From Actinomycetota bacterium (GTDB lineage: Bacteria; Actinomycetota; CADDZG01; WHSQ01), in the NCBI GenBank assembly GCA_050693655.1, contig JBOGWW010000295.1, positions 1 through 39,599 of the forward strand: a DNA stretch of 39,599 bases. The letters run 5' to 3'. The notes under the pieces were generated by a model that made no database searches, was not told the DNA's origin, and worked only from the letters and a program-made list of their open reading frames with translations. Below are positions 28,588-36,890 of this stretch, piece by piece. Positions within the stretch are counted from its first letter, which is position 1. Every line of letters starts with the position of its first letter. A program made the translations under genes and the position numbers.

Positions 28588-30984
28588 TCAAGCCGTAACG
28601 GTCTCGTACAGGGTAGTCCTACGGCGCGGCACCCGGCCAATGGAGTGGATGAGTTCAACCATCGCATCCGGAGTAAGTTCCTGACCGTGACTGGCGCCGG
28701 CGGCGCGCGAGATGTTCTCGTTCATCAGAGTGCCACCGAGATCATTCGCCCCCGACTGCAGCGCAAGCTTGGACCCTTCGACGCCCATCTTCACCCAGGA
28801 GACCTGGATGTTGTCGATGGCCCCCTGCAGCGCGATGCGCGCGACCGCATGCATCTTCAGGGCCTCGTCGAACGTTGGCCCGCGCCGGGCCTTTCCCCTC
28901 AGGTAGATGGGTGCCGCCATGTGCACGAAAGGCAACGGGACGAACTCGAACAAGCCCGCGCCGCCCTCGGCCGATATCTCATCGTGCAGCGCTCGAACGA
29001 CCACGAGATGACGAGCCCAATTGCGGGGCCCCTCGACCGTTCCGAACATGATGGTGGCGTTGCTACGAAGCCCGAGCCGGTGAGCGATCCGGTGCACCTC
29101 GCACCATTCTTCGGTGGTGACCTTGTCGGGACAGATGATGGCTCGGATGTCGTCGTCGAGCACCTCGGCGGCCGTCCCCGGCAGCGTCTTCAATCCCGCG
29201 TCGCGCAGCGCGACCAAGAACTCCTCGATGGACAGTCCCGAGGCGTGAGCGCCTTGGGCCACTTCGAGCGCGGTGAAGGCGTGGACGTGCATCTCGGGGA
29301 TGGAGTCTTTGACCGCGCGCAGGTACTCCAGATAGTTCTCCGCGGTGAAGCTGTGATGGATACCGCCTTGCATGCAGACCTCTGTTGCGCCCAGCTCCCA
29401 GGCCTCGCGCGCACGAACCGCGACCTCTTCGGGCGTCAGAAGATAGGGCTCACCCCTCAGGTTCAGCGACTTGGGGCCCTTGGAGAAGGCGCAGAATCCA
29501 CACTTGAAGTAGCACATGTTCGTGTAGTTGATGTTGCGATTGATGACGAAGGTGATCTCGTCGCCGACGGTCTCGCGGCGCAGCCGGTCGGCCACCGCGT
29601 AAAGTCGTTCTGCCTCCGCGCTGCTGGCGGTGAAGAGGAGCGCTATCTCTTCTTCGCTCAAGCGCGCTCCCGCCTCCGCCTTGTCCAGCGTTTCCTTCAA
29701 TTGCGGACGCACGGCGCGTCCCGGAACGCGGTAGGCCCCGGCCAGAGCTTGCTCGACCGCGATCGCCGCCTCGTGTGGTGGCTCGTGGTCGGCCCCCGAA
29801 TACCACTCGTCCGTGCGTGGAAAACCCTCTGCGTCGGTCGCGTCGAGGACCCGGGCGCGCAGCTCCGGGTGAACCCAGCGACCGAGCGCAGCCGGCGAGG
29901 AGCAGTAGGACGGATACAGCGCGAGTCTCTTCGTCAGTGAGTAGCCGCGCGCCCCGGTCACCTCACTCAGCTCCTGCAGCTGGGGCCATGGTGCTTCGGG
30001 ATTGACGTGATCGATCGTGACCGGTGAGACGCCACCCCAGTCATTGATACCGGCGTCGATGTACGTGCCGTACTCGCGCGGAGTGAGGTTCGGAGGAGCC
30101 TGCAGCGCGACGTCGGGAGGCAGGATCAAGCGGGCCAGCGCGATGGTCGCCGAGATTTCCCGTACCTGCGGTTCGGGCGCGCCGGCCATCAAGGTCTCGC
30201 GCTTCGCTCGGAAGTTCTGAACGATTACTTCCTGGATGTGCCCGTGCCGTTCGTGCGACTCCCTGATGGCGAGGAGCGCGTCGATGCGTTCGGCGGGCGA
30301 CTCTCCGATGCCGATCAGAATCCCGGTTGTGAACGGCACGTCGGCGTCACCCGCCGCCTCCAGCGTCGCCAGGCGAACCGCCGGCTTCTTGTCCGGTGCT
30401 CCGAAATGAGCCATGCCCCGCTTCAAGAGCCGTTCCGAAGTAGTCTCGAGCATCATTCCCTGACTGACGCTGACCTCTTTGAGCGAGCGCGCCTCCTCGT
30501 GGGTCAGCGTGCCCGGATTCGTGTGCGGCAGCAGAGAGGTGTGCTCCAGCACCGCCCTGCAGGCCTCCGCCAGGTACTCGATGGTCGAGTCGTAGCCCAG
30601 GGCGTGGAGCTCGTCGCGCGCTCGGCGCCACTTGCGTTCGGGCTTCTCTCCGAGCGTGAAAAGCGCCTCGCGGCATCCCGCCGCGTCCCCCCGCCGGGCG
30701 ATTGCGAGCACCTCGTCGATCGTGAGAAACGCCCCTTCACCGGGGACCGGAGGGTGGGCGAAGGTGCAGTAGCCGCACGCGTCCCTGCACAGCTTGGTGA
30801 GCGGGATGAAGACCTTGGGCGAGTAGGTGATTCTCGGCCCGGTGCTCGCATCCCGGAGCGCGCCGGCAGCGGCCATAACGGGGCGCGGATCGTTCACCGC
30901 CAGGGCGGCGAGGCGGCGCGCCTCGGTGTCGTCGAGCCGCCGCCCGCGCGCGGCGGAGCTCGCCAGACTCATCAGTTCGCTCAT
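28588..30984 (-). CDS. fbiC: FO synthase (7,8-didemethyl-8-hydroxy-5-deazariboflavin synthase), fused CofG+CofH
   Basis: It contains two radical-SAM cysteine motifs, CRDACGYCTF and CYFKCGFCAF. The length of 798 aa is typical of FbiC. Confidence 0.95.
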   Translation of the reverse strand: MSELMSLASSAARGRRLDDTEARRLAALAVNDPRPVMAAAGALRDASTGPRITYSPKVFIPLTKLCRDACGYCTFAHPPVPGEGAFLTIDEVLAIARRGDAAGCREALFTLGEKPERKWRRARDELHALGYDSTIEYLAEACRAVLEHTSLLPHTNPGTLTHEEARSLKEVSVSQGMMLETTSERLLKRGMAHFGAPDKKPAVRLATLEAAGDADVPFTTGILIGIGESPAERIDALLAIRESHERHGHIQEVIVQNFRAKRETLMAGAPEPQVREISATIALARLILPPDVALQAPPNLTPREYGTYIDAGINDWGGVSPVTIDHVNPEAPWPQLQELSEVTGARGYSLTKRLALYPSYCSSPAALGRWVHPELRARVLDATDAEGFPRTDEWYSGADHEPPHEAAIAVEQALAGAYRVPGRAVRPQLKETLDKAEAGARLSEEEIALLFTASSAEAERLYAVADRLRRETVGDEITFVINRNINYTNMCYFKCGFCAFSKGPKSLNLRGEPYLLTPEEVAVRAREAWELGATEVCMQGGIHHSFTAENYLEYLRAVKDSIPEMHVHAFTALEVAQGAHASGLSIEEFLVALRDAGLKTLPGTAAEVLDDDIRAIICPDKVTTEEWCEVHRIAHRLGLRSNATIMFGTVEGPRNWARHLVVVRALHDEISAEGGAGLFEFVPLPFVHMAAPIYLRGKARRGPTFDEALKMHAVARIALQGAIDNIQVSWVKMGVEGSKLALQSGANDLGGTLMNENISRAAGASHGQELTPDAMVELIHSIGRVPRRRTTLYETVTA

Positions 30985-31070
30985 GGCCTGGCAGGCTATC
31001 AGCGGGGAGGAAGCACTCGATGTGGGCCCCTCGCTGCCGGTTTGGTCTTTGCCTCCCCTATGCTGCAGCC

Positions 31071-31991
31071 ATGAAGGTCACCGCCCTCGCGGGAGGGGTC
31101 GGAGGAGCCAAGCTGCTTGTGGGCCTGCAGCGCCGGCTCGGCCCCTCTCTCACCGCCGTCGTCAACACCGCCGACGACGCCCGCGTCTACGGCGTGCACG
31201 TCAGCCCGGACGTCGATATCTGCATGTACTGGCTCGCGGGCCTCGCCGACACGGCGAAGGGCTGGGGCATCGAGGGCGACACTTTCTCCGTGGTCGAGGG
31301 GATGAGGAGACTCGGGCTGGACGCGTGGTTCAACCTCGGCGACCGTGACTTCGCGACATGCCTCCACCGCACCGCGCTGCTCGGAGCGGGCAAGAGCCTG
31401 AGCGAGGTGACGGCCGACCTCGCCCGCAGGCTGGGGGTGAAGGCGAAGCTGCTCCCGATGTCCGACGACGAGGTGCGAACCAAGATCGTCACCACCGACG
31501 GGCGGACCCTCGATTTTCAGGAGTACTTCGTCAAGGAGGCCACGGCCCCCGAGGTGGCCGAAGTCCTGTTCGCCGGCATGTCGGAGGCAACCCCTGCGCC
31601 GGGGGTCCTGGATGCCTTGGTCGAATCGGACGCCGTGGTCCTCTGCCCGTCGAATCCCATGGTGTCCATCGGACCCATACTGAGTCTCGCCGGAGTGCGT
31701 GACGCTCTTCGCTCGCATCCTCGGGTCGTAGCCGTCTCCCCCATCGTCAAGGGTGCGGCCCTGAAGGGACCCGCCGACAGGATGCTCCGCTCCCTGGGAG
31801 CCGATGCGAGTGCGGCAGGGGTCGCCGAACTCTACAAGGACTTCGCCGACGTTTTCGTTGTCGACGCTTCCGACGCGGACCAGGTGGCCCGGATCGAGTA
31901 CTCCGGCCTGAGGGCCTTCGGTCGCGACACCATCATGAGCGATCACGACGCGGCCGAGCGCCTGGCAGGCGAGTTGCTCGAACTCACGTGA
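31071..31991 (+). CDS. fbiA: 2-phospho-L-lactate (or EPPG) transferase, CofD/FbiA
   Basis: The N-terminus is MKVTALAGGVGGAKLL, with VNTADD and CPSNP motifs. It is divergent from fbiC and overlaps the cofE start by 4 nt. Confidence 0.93.
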   Translation: MKVTALAGGVGGAKLLVGLQRRLGPSLTAVVNTADDARVYGVHVSPDVDICMYWLAGLADTAKGWGIEGDTFSVVEGMRRLGLDAWFNLGDRDFATCLHRTALLGAGKSLSEVTADLARRLGVKAKLLPMSDDEVRTKIVTTDGRTLDFQEYFVKEATAPEVAEVLFAGMSEATPAPGVLDALVESDAVVLCPSNPMVSIGPILSLAGVRDALRSHPRVVAVSPIVKGAALKGPADRMLRSLGADASAAGVAELYKDFADVFVVDASDADQVARIEYSGLRAFGRDTIMSDHDAAERLAGELLELT

Positions 31992-32674
31992 CCGAGATCC
32001 GCATCACGGCGGTTCGGGGCATCCCCGAGGTGCAGCCGGGCGACGACTTGGGTGCGCTGATAGTCGCGGCGACGGGCCGCGGCGGCTTCCTGGACGACGA
32101 CGTCTTGGTAGTGGCTCAGAAGGTGGTCTCCAAGGCCGAAGGACGAGTCGTGCCCGGGAGCGACCGGCGCGCCGCTGCACGGGCCGAATCGGTGCACGTG
32201 CTGCGCCGCCGGGGAGAGATGCTGATCTCCGAGACCCGGCACGGTTTCGTATGCGCCAACGCAGGGGTCGATGCCAGTAACGTCGAGGGGGACAACGTCG
32301 TCCTGCTTCCACTCGACCCGGATCTGTCGGCCCGCCGTCTCCGCGCCCGGCTCAAGCATCTGGTGGGGGCCGACGTCTCGGTCATCGTGAGCGACACCTT
32401 CGGGCGCGCCTGGCGGCTCGGTCAGACGAACTCGGCAATTGGGGTTGCCGGGCTCGAACCCTTCATCGACTACCGCGGCACGATGGATTCACAGGGTCGG
32501 GACCTGTCCGCCACCCGGATCTGCGTCGCAGACGAGCTGGCGGGAGCCGCCGAGATGGTGATGGGCAAGACGACGGGCATCTGCGCGGCGATCGTCCGGG
32601 GAGCGCCGGTCATCAGGGGCCGCGGGGCCGCGACCGAGATCGTCCGGCCCCCCTCCGAGGACATGTTCCGCTAA
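31988..32674 (+). CDS. cofE: Coenzyme F420-0:L-glutamate ligase (CofE domain only, 228 aa)
   Basis: The motifs VVAQKVVSKAEGR, GFVCANAGVDASN and SDTFGRAWRLGQTNSAIG are present. The start codon is GTG. There is no C-terminal nitroreductase-like domain. Confidence 0.9.
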   Translation: MTEIRITAVRGIPEVQPGDDLGALIVAATGRGGFLDDDVLVVAQKVVSKAEGRVVPGSDRRAAARAESVHVLRRRGEMLISETRHGFVCANAGVDASNVEGDNVVLLPLDPDLSARRLRARLKHLVGADVSVIVSDTFGRAWRLGQTNSAIGVAGLEPFIDYRGTMDSQGRDLSATRICVADELAGAAEMVMGKTTGICAAIVRGAPVIRGRGAATEIVRPPSEDMFR

Positions 32675-32681
32675 GAACTCG

Positions 32682-32750
32682 CCCGCCCGGAGGGCGGGGT
32701 TCCGAGCCTTTCGCTCGGCGAGGCGCAGCGGAGCTCCGCCGAAGCCCAGA
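32682..32750 (+). repeat. Multi-hairpin intergenic repeat, copy 3, inverted relative to copies 1 and 2 but co-oriented with local genes
   Basis: cccgcccggagggcggggttccgagcctttcgctcggcgaggcgcagcggagctccgccgaagcccaga aligns with the reverse complement of 6926-6994. The stems are conserved and the loops differ. Confidence 0.8.
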
Positions 32751-32850
32751 GAACTCACTCTTTTCGGAGGGCCCTGCGAGGGATTCCGGCGAACGGGACT
32801 CTTTCGCAGTCTTACTAGGCATTTATCCGGCTGCTGGTAGCCTCGCCGCC

Positions 32851-33507
32851 GTGAGCAAGAAGCTGCATGACAAGCAACAGCGACGTCTCGCCGAGGAGGC
32901 GAGACGGGCACGCCAAAAGAAGGAGCACCGCCGCGCCAATCTGATCACGATCGGGATCGCCGCCGCGGTCGCCCTCGCGGTTGTGGCCTTCTTCGTGTTC
33001 GGAGGTGACGACCCCGACGAGAACGTGGGGGTGGCCGCCTCGGAGGCAAATTGCACGGAGCGTGAGACCTTCGAGTCCGAGGGCAACCAGCACGTGGACA
33101 CGGGTACCCCGGTCGCCTACGAGGCCGACCCCCCCACGACCGGGAACCACTGGGCCGAACCGGCCAACGCGGACTTCTACGAAACCGAAGTCGCGGCCGA
33201 GCAGCTCGTCCACAACCAGGAGCACGGACAGATCGTCGTCTACTACAACGCCGACGCCCCCCAGGAGGTCCTCGACGAGCTCGAGGAACTGGTGGACCAG
33301 GAGCGAAATACGACCCTCGCCGCGCCTTGGGACGGCATCGAGGAGCCCTACAACTTCGTGCTGACGGCCTGGGACGGCGCCAACGACGAAGGCGTGCAGA
33401 TGAGCTGCGAGCAGCCGAGCCAGGGGGTCTTCGACGATTGGCGCGAGGAGTTCCAGGGACGAGGGCCGGAGCAGATTCCCGGTATCGGGACCTTCAGCGC
33501 CGACTGA
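32851..33507 (+). CDS. DUF3105-domain membrane-anchored protein
   Basis: A basic N-terminus and a TM helix are followed by GNQHV..Y..DPPTTGNHW...VHNQEHGQIVVYY, the DUF3105-like His/Glu pattern. The start codon is GTG. Confidence 0.75.
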   Translation: MSKKLHDKQQRRLAEEARRARQKKEHRRANLITIGIAAAVALAVVAFFVFGGDDPDENVGVAASEANCTERETFESEGNQHVDTGTPVAYEADPPTTGNHWAEPANADFYETEVAAEQLVHNQEHGQIVVYYNADAPQEVLDELEELVDQERNTTLAAPWDGIEEPYNFVLTAWDGANDEGVQMSCEQPSQGVFDDWREEFQGRGPEQIPGIGTFSAD

Positions 33508-33537
33508 GCCCGGCCTCGAAGCGAAGCCACGTCGAAC

Positions 33538-34683
33538 TCACTTCGCTCTGGTCCCATGAGTCCACTCCGTCCAAGCGTAGTTCTTTCCCTTGCCGGTGTT
33601 CTTGAACTGACGCCATGGGCGCCGGTCACCGTACCAGAACACAGCGAGCGCGGGCACGTGATCTGAGTCGGCCGAACCTCCCGTTCCCCACCAGCCGCCG
33701 AAGCCCTGGTGCCACCTCCACAGGCGGTCGAAGGCCCTTCGTAGTGCGGAATCAGCCCAACGAAGAACACCGTATCCGCGCCGTCTCAGCAGCTCAGCCT
33801 GCATGGTGACGCCCTGCAAGCTTCCCCATACATAGTTGGTCTTGCGAGGTGGCCATGAAGCGGGCCCACCTCGAGCCAGCTCTGTGGCAAGAACCCCACC
33901 GATGCTGCGCTTAGCTCCGTCGATCCTCTTCGTGCACCCTTTGGGGTTGATTCCGATTTGCCGCTTGGTGCAGAGCCATCCACGGTCACCGTTGAACGAG
34001 AACCCCCTGTACGCGGATGAAACTCCCAACCAGCCCCTGAACACCCTCGCGGCTCGCTTTAGTTCTCTCTTGTCGCCGAGGTAGATGGCTGCGGCGATCC
34101 GGCTGCCGCCCGACATCGTGCCGTGGTTCGTCAGTATCTCCTGGTGTCTCTGGGCTAGGGTCCTGTCGTCGACCTTCATCCTCAGAACGGACCCGAGCCA
34201 TTCCCGCCACCTGGCTTCTCGGGCGGATTCGTAGGCCCGGAAATTGATGAGATCCGCCGCGATTATGTAGCTGGACAGGTTCCGGCCCAGCGAGGTGTTC
34301 GCCGCACCTTCCTCAGTGCCGATGGTCGCCATCAGAGCGTCAGCCACGCGGGCGCGATAACGCTCGGCCCTCCTTCCTGGATATGTCCGAGCGAAAACGA
34401 GAGCTCCCGCCAGCGTGTAGACATCGTGATGCGAATCGTTATCGGCGACGTCAGCCCGCCCCCAGTTGTCGCTCGCAGCGGACTTCATCCGTTTCCACCC
34501 AGGGCCTCGCTTCGGTATCGACCGAAGCTGGGCTCTACCAATCCACATCCCGTAACGGACGGGTTTAGCTGATACCCGAGCGCCCCTGGGGGTCATCGAC
34601 GGTGAACGGTCGGGCACCCCCGGTAGCAAGACGGCCATCAAGATCGTGGCGAGCACCACGGCGCGCAAGACACTGATTCGCAT
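33538..34683 (-). CDS. Secreted alginate-lyase-like (alpha/alpha-toroid polysaccharide lyase-like) protein, paralogue 1
   Basis: It has a signal peptide (MRISVLRAVVLATILMAVLLPG). By eye it is about 55-65% identical to the N-domain of the next gene. The TNHGTMSGGSRIAAAIYLGD stretch resembles the NNHSYW...region of alginate lyases. The ATG at 34683 is preceded by GGGGGAAG. Confidence 0.5.
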   Translation of the reverse strand: MRISVLRAVVLATILMAVLLPGVPDRSPSMTPRGARVSAKPVRYGMWIGRAQLRSIPKRGPGWKRMKSAASDNWGRADVADNDSHHDVYTLAGALVFARTYPGRRAERYRARVADALMATIGTEEGAANTSLGRNLSSYIIAADLINFRAYESAREARWREWLGSVLRMKVDDRTLAQRHQEILTNHGTMSGGSRIAAAIYLGDKRELKRAARVFRGWLGVSSAYRGFSFNGDRGWLCTKRQIGINPKGCTKRIDGAKRSIGGVLATELARGGPASWPPRKTNYVWGSLQGVTMQAELLRRRGYGVLRWADSALRRAFDRLWRWHQGFGGWWGTGGSADSDHVPALAVFWYGDRRPWRQFKNTGKGKNYAWTEWTHGTRAK

Positions 34684-34769
34684 AAGGCTTCCCCCAAAGC
34701 TCTCGCTTGCATTAAGCATCTGTCCTGAGCAAAGCGAGCAGCCTAGCAGGAGTAGCGGATGGATTAAAA

Positions 34770-34793
34770 CCCGATAGAGCGGGCCTTTTCGGG
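34770..34793 (-). terminator. Probable intrinsic terminator after paralogue 2
   Basis: The minus-strand RNA folds as CCCGA-N14-UCGGG (or CCCG-CUCUAU-CGGG) and is followed by UUUUAAUCC. It begins about 10 nt after the stop at 34803. Confidence 0.45.
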
Positions 34794-34802
34794 AAAAAAG
34801 GA

Positions 34803-36623
34803 CTATCCGGCCGGCTCTAGGGCGAGCACGTGGGCGATACTGGTTGATCTCTTTCGGAGCCGTGCGCCGCGCTTGCCCGCAGCACCCGCGGCCTCTATGA
34901 CCTGATCGGCGGCCGCGCTGCCCACTCTGTATTTTCCACTTGCGTTGAGCACCCGGAATCGTCTTGTCATCGTCCACGGAGTGGAAGCGATCGTCCTCTT
35001 CGGAACCCCTCCGAGGAATACCAGCACGGAGTCCGGGGTGGTGGTCTTGATAGAGGGCGCCCTCATCCTTCTCGAGCGATCGCTCACTCTGCCCCCCTGG
35101 GCGACGATGGGATCGTGGGGGTTCACGCCACGATAGGCGACCATGCCGCCGGCGGCGGGATGACTCCCGCGGAGGCCGAAGGCGTAGGTGGACGGCTCGT
35201 CGTGGCTAACCACCCGGTAGTACGTCGCCTTGAAGCTGACGTTGCCGTTGTCGTCGGAGCGAACCAACTTCCAACCACCGGGACGGGTGATCCTGGGGTT
35301 ACCGCGCACATCGAGCGTCGCGATCATCACATCTCCCGGCTCTAGTCCGGCCGGCACGGCCAGCTCGAGCGAATCCGATCGCCGCCCGTTGTCGCCACTG
35401 GTGGCTCCGACCGGAGCGATGCCGGATCCCGGCGGACGGTCGGGGTCCGGTTGGGGTTCGGGACCCGGCTCGGGTTCCGGTAGGGGTGGTGGAACGGTTC
35501 CAGAGGGCGCGCGCATGCCGTGGGTCCACTCGGTCCATCCGAAGTTCTTTCCGGCCCCGGCAAGCTCGGGTTGCCACCACGAGCGCTTGTGTCCGTACCA
35601 GAACGCAACGAGAGCGGGAAGGTGAGCCGAATCCACCGACGCACCATCCGCCCACCAACCGCCGAAATCTTGCTCCCACATCCACAGCCGGTCGAAGGCG
35701 CGCAACAGGGCCTCGTCCGACCACTGGAGCACAGGATAGCCCCGCCGCCTCAACAACTCGGCCTGCATGGTCGCGCCCTGGAGTCCGCCGCCGACGTAGT
35801 TGGTCGTGCCCGGAGGCCACTGTGCGGCACCCGACCTGATCTGCTCGGCGGGGAGAACCCCATCGATGTCCCGCTGTGCTCCGGCCACAAGGCGGGCACA
35901 GCCGGCTGGATTGATTCCGCGCAGCTTTGATGGGTCACAGAACCAGTCCTTGTCGCCGCCGTAGGTAAACCCGTCGTAGGCGGAGGAGTCTCCCAGCCAT
36001 CCCTGGAACACCCTGGCCGCCCGGCTCAGCTCTGCGCTGTCCCCCAGATAGATCGCCGCGGCGATACGCGAGCCACCGGACATCGTGCCGTGGTTGGTGA
36101 GACGGCGCTCATGCCTCTCCGCCAGCGTCATGCCGCCGACTTTCCTCTCGAGCAAGGCATCCAGCCACTGCCGCCACTGTGCCTCTTCGCTGGGGGCAAA
36201 ACCGGGAAAGTTGATGAGGTCCGCGGCGATCACATACGAGGAGAGGTTTCGTCCCAGGGAGGTGTCGGCAGGCTCGTTGTGCTCCGTTCCGATCACCGAC
36301 ATCAGAGCGTCGACGACCTTGACCCGATAGTGCTCTGCTTCGGGATGCGGGTAAAGCCGAGCAAAAACGAGCGCACCGGCGAGCGTGGACACGTCGTGCT
36401 TGGAGTTATTGTCCGAGATGTTCGCCGGCCCCCAGTTGGAGTCTGCGGCCGATCTCATCTGCGACCAACCCGGCCCCGACATGGGGATGGAGTCGAGTTC
36501 CGCCTTGCTTATCCAGATTCCCTTGTAGATGGGCTTGACGGCGGCGCGCGCTACTCCCGGGAGCGACGCCACAACGAGTGCCGACACCAGTGCGCCCGCG
36601 AGAAGCCGGCGGGTGAGTCGCAT
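34803..36623 (-). CDS. Secreted alginate-lyase-like protein, paralogue 2, with a Pro-rich linker and an uncharacterised ~190-aa C-terminal module
   Basis: It has a twin-arginine-like signal (MRLTRRLLAGALVSALVVASLPGVARA), a lyase-like domain, the linker PPPLPEPEPGPEPQPDPDRPP, and a C-terminal module homologous to the C-terminus of the ORF at 38643. AGGAG lies 5 nt upstream of the ATG at 36623. Confidence 0.55.
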   Translation of the reverse strand: MRLTRRLLAGALVSALVVASLPGVARAAVKPIYKGIWISKAELDSIPMSGPGWSQMRSAADSNWGPANISDNNSKHDVSTLAGALVFARLYPHPEAEHYRVKVVDALMSVIGTEHNEPADTSLGRNLSSYVIAADLINFPGFAPSEEAQWRQWLDALLERKVGGMTLAERHERRLTNHGTMSGGSRIAAAIYLGDSAELSRAARVFQGWLGDSSAYDGFTYGGDKDWFCDPSKLRGINPAGCARLVAGAQRDIDGVLPAEQIRSGAAQWPPGTTNYVGGGLQGATMQAELLRRRGYPVLQWSDEALLRAFDRLWMWEQDFGGWWADGASVDSAHLPALVAFWYGHKRSWWQPELAGAGKNFGWTEWTHGMRAPSGTVPPPLPEPEPGPEPQPDPDRPPGSGIAPVGATSGDNGRRSDSLELAVPAGLEPGDVMIATLDVRGNPRITRPGGWKLVRSDDNGNVSFKATYYRVVSHDEPSTYAFGLRGSHPAAGGMVAYRGVNPHDPIVAQGGRVSDRSRRMRAPSIKTTTPDSVLVFLGGVPKRTIASTPWTMTRRFRVLNASGKYRVGSAAADQVIEAAGAAGKRGARLRKRSTSIAHVLALEPAG

Positions 36624-36689
36624 TACCACTCCTTAGACCGGTCATCCGAGAAGCGGCTCGACCTCGAGCGCGGTCCACTTCACAACCGG

Positions 36690-36781
36690 TCACCTAGTCC
36701 ACGGCACCTAGCACCAGTAGTCCGGTTGGGTATGGATTGCCGACCGAGCTAGTCCCCAGGTGCTAGATCTCAACTAGGTGA
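36690..36781. promoter_or_regulatory. CTAG-rich nested inverted repeats upstream of paralogue 2, a candidate operator or leader structure
   Basis: The outer inverted repeat is tcacctagt (36690-98) / actaggtga (36773-81). The inner one is cctagcacc / ggtgctag. There are five CTAG tetramers within 84 nt, CACCTAG occurs twice and CTAGTCC occurs twice. Confidence 0.4.
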
Positions 36782-36838
36782 GACATCGGCGAACGCCCCA
36801 GCGGGCTTGAGCGGAAAACCGATTAGAAGCCAAAACAC

Positions 36839-36870
36839 AAGAGGGGGCAGCCGTCGGGCCACCCCCTCTT
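36839..36870 (-). terminator. Intrinsic terminator after the propeller-protein gene
   Basis: A 9-bp stem (aagaggggg / ccccctctt) encloses a 14-nt loop. On the minus strand it is followed by GUGUUUUGGCUU. It lies 20 nt after the TAA at 36891. Confidence 0.75.
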
Positions 36871-36890
36871 GCCTTAAGGTCCCCCAAGGA

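Noticed and set aside
27910-29940. 676-aa + strand ORF, together with similar long antisense ORFs (709..1554, 4191..5783, 8499..9734, 10265..11626, 12859..13929, 16193..17083, 20225..21229, 25838..27601, 38562..39593)
   Set aside because: All lie antisense to genes with strong family signatures. They are Arg/Gly/Pro/His-rich with no recognisable motifs. These are typical high-GC shadow ORFs.
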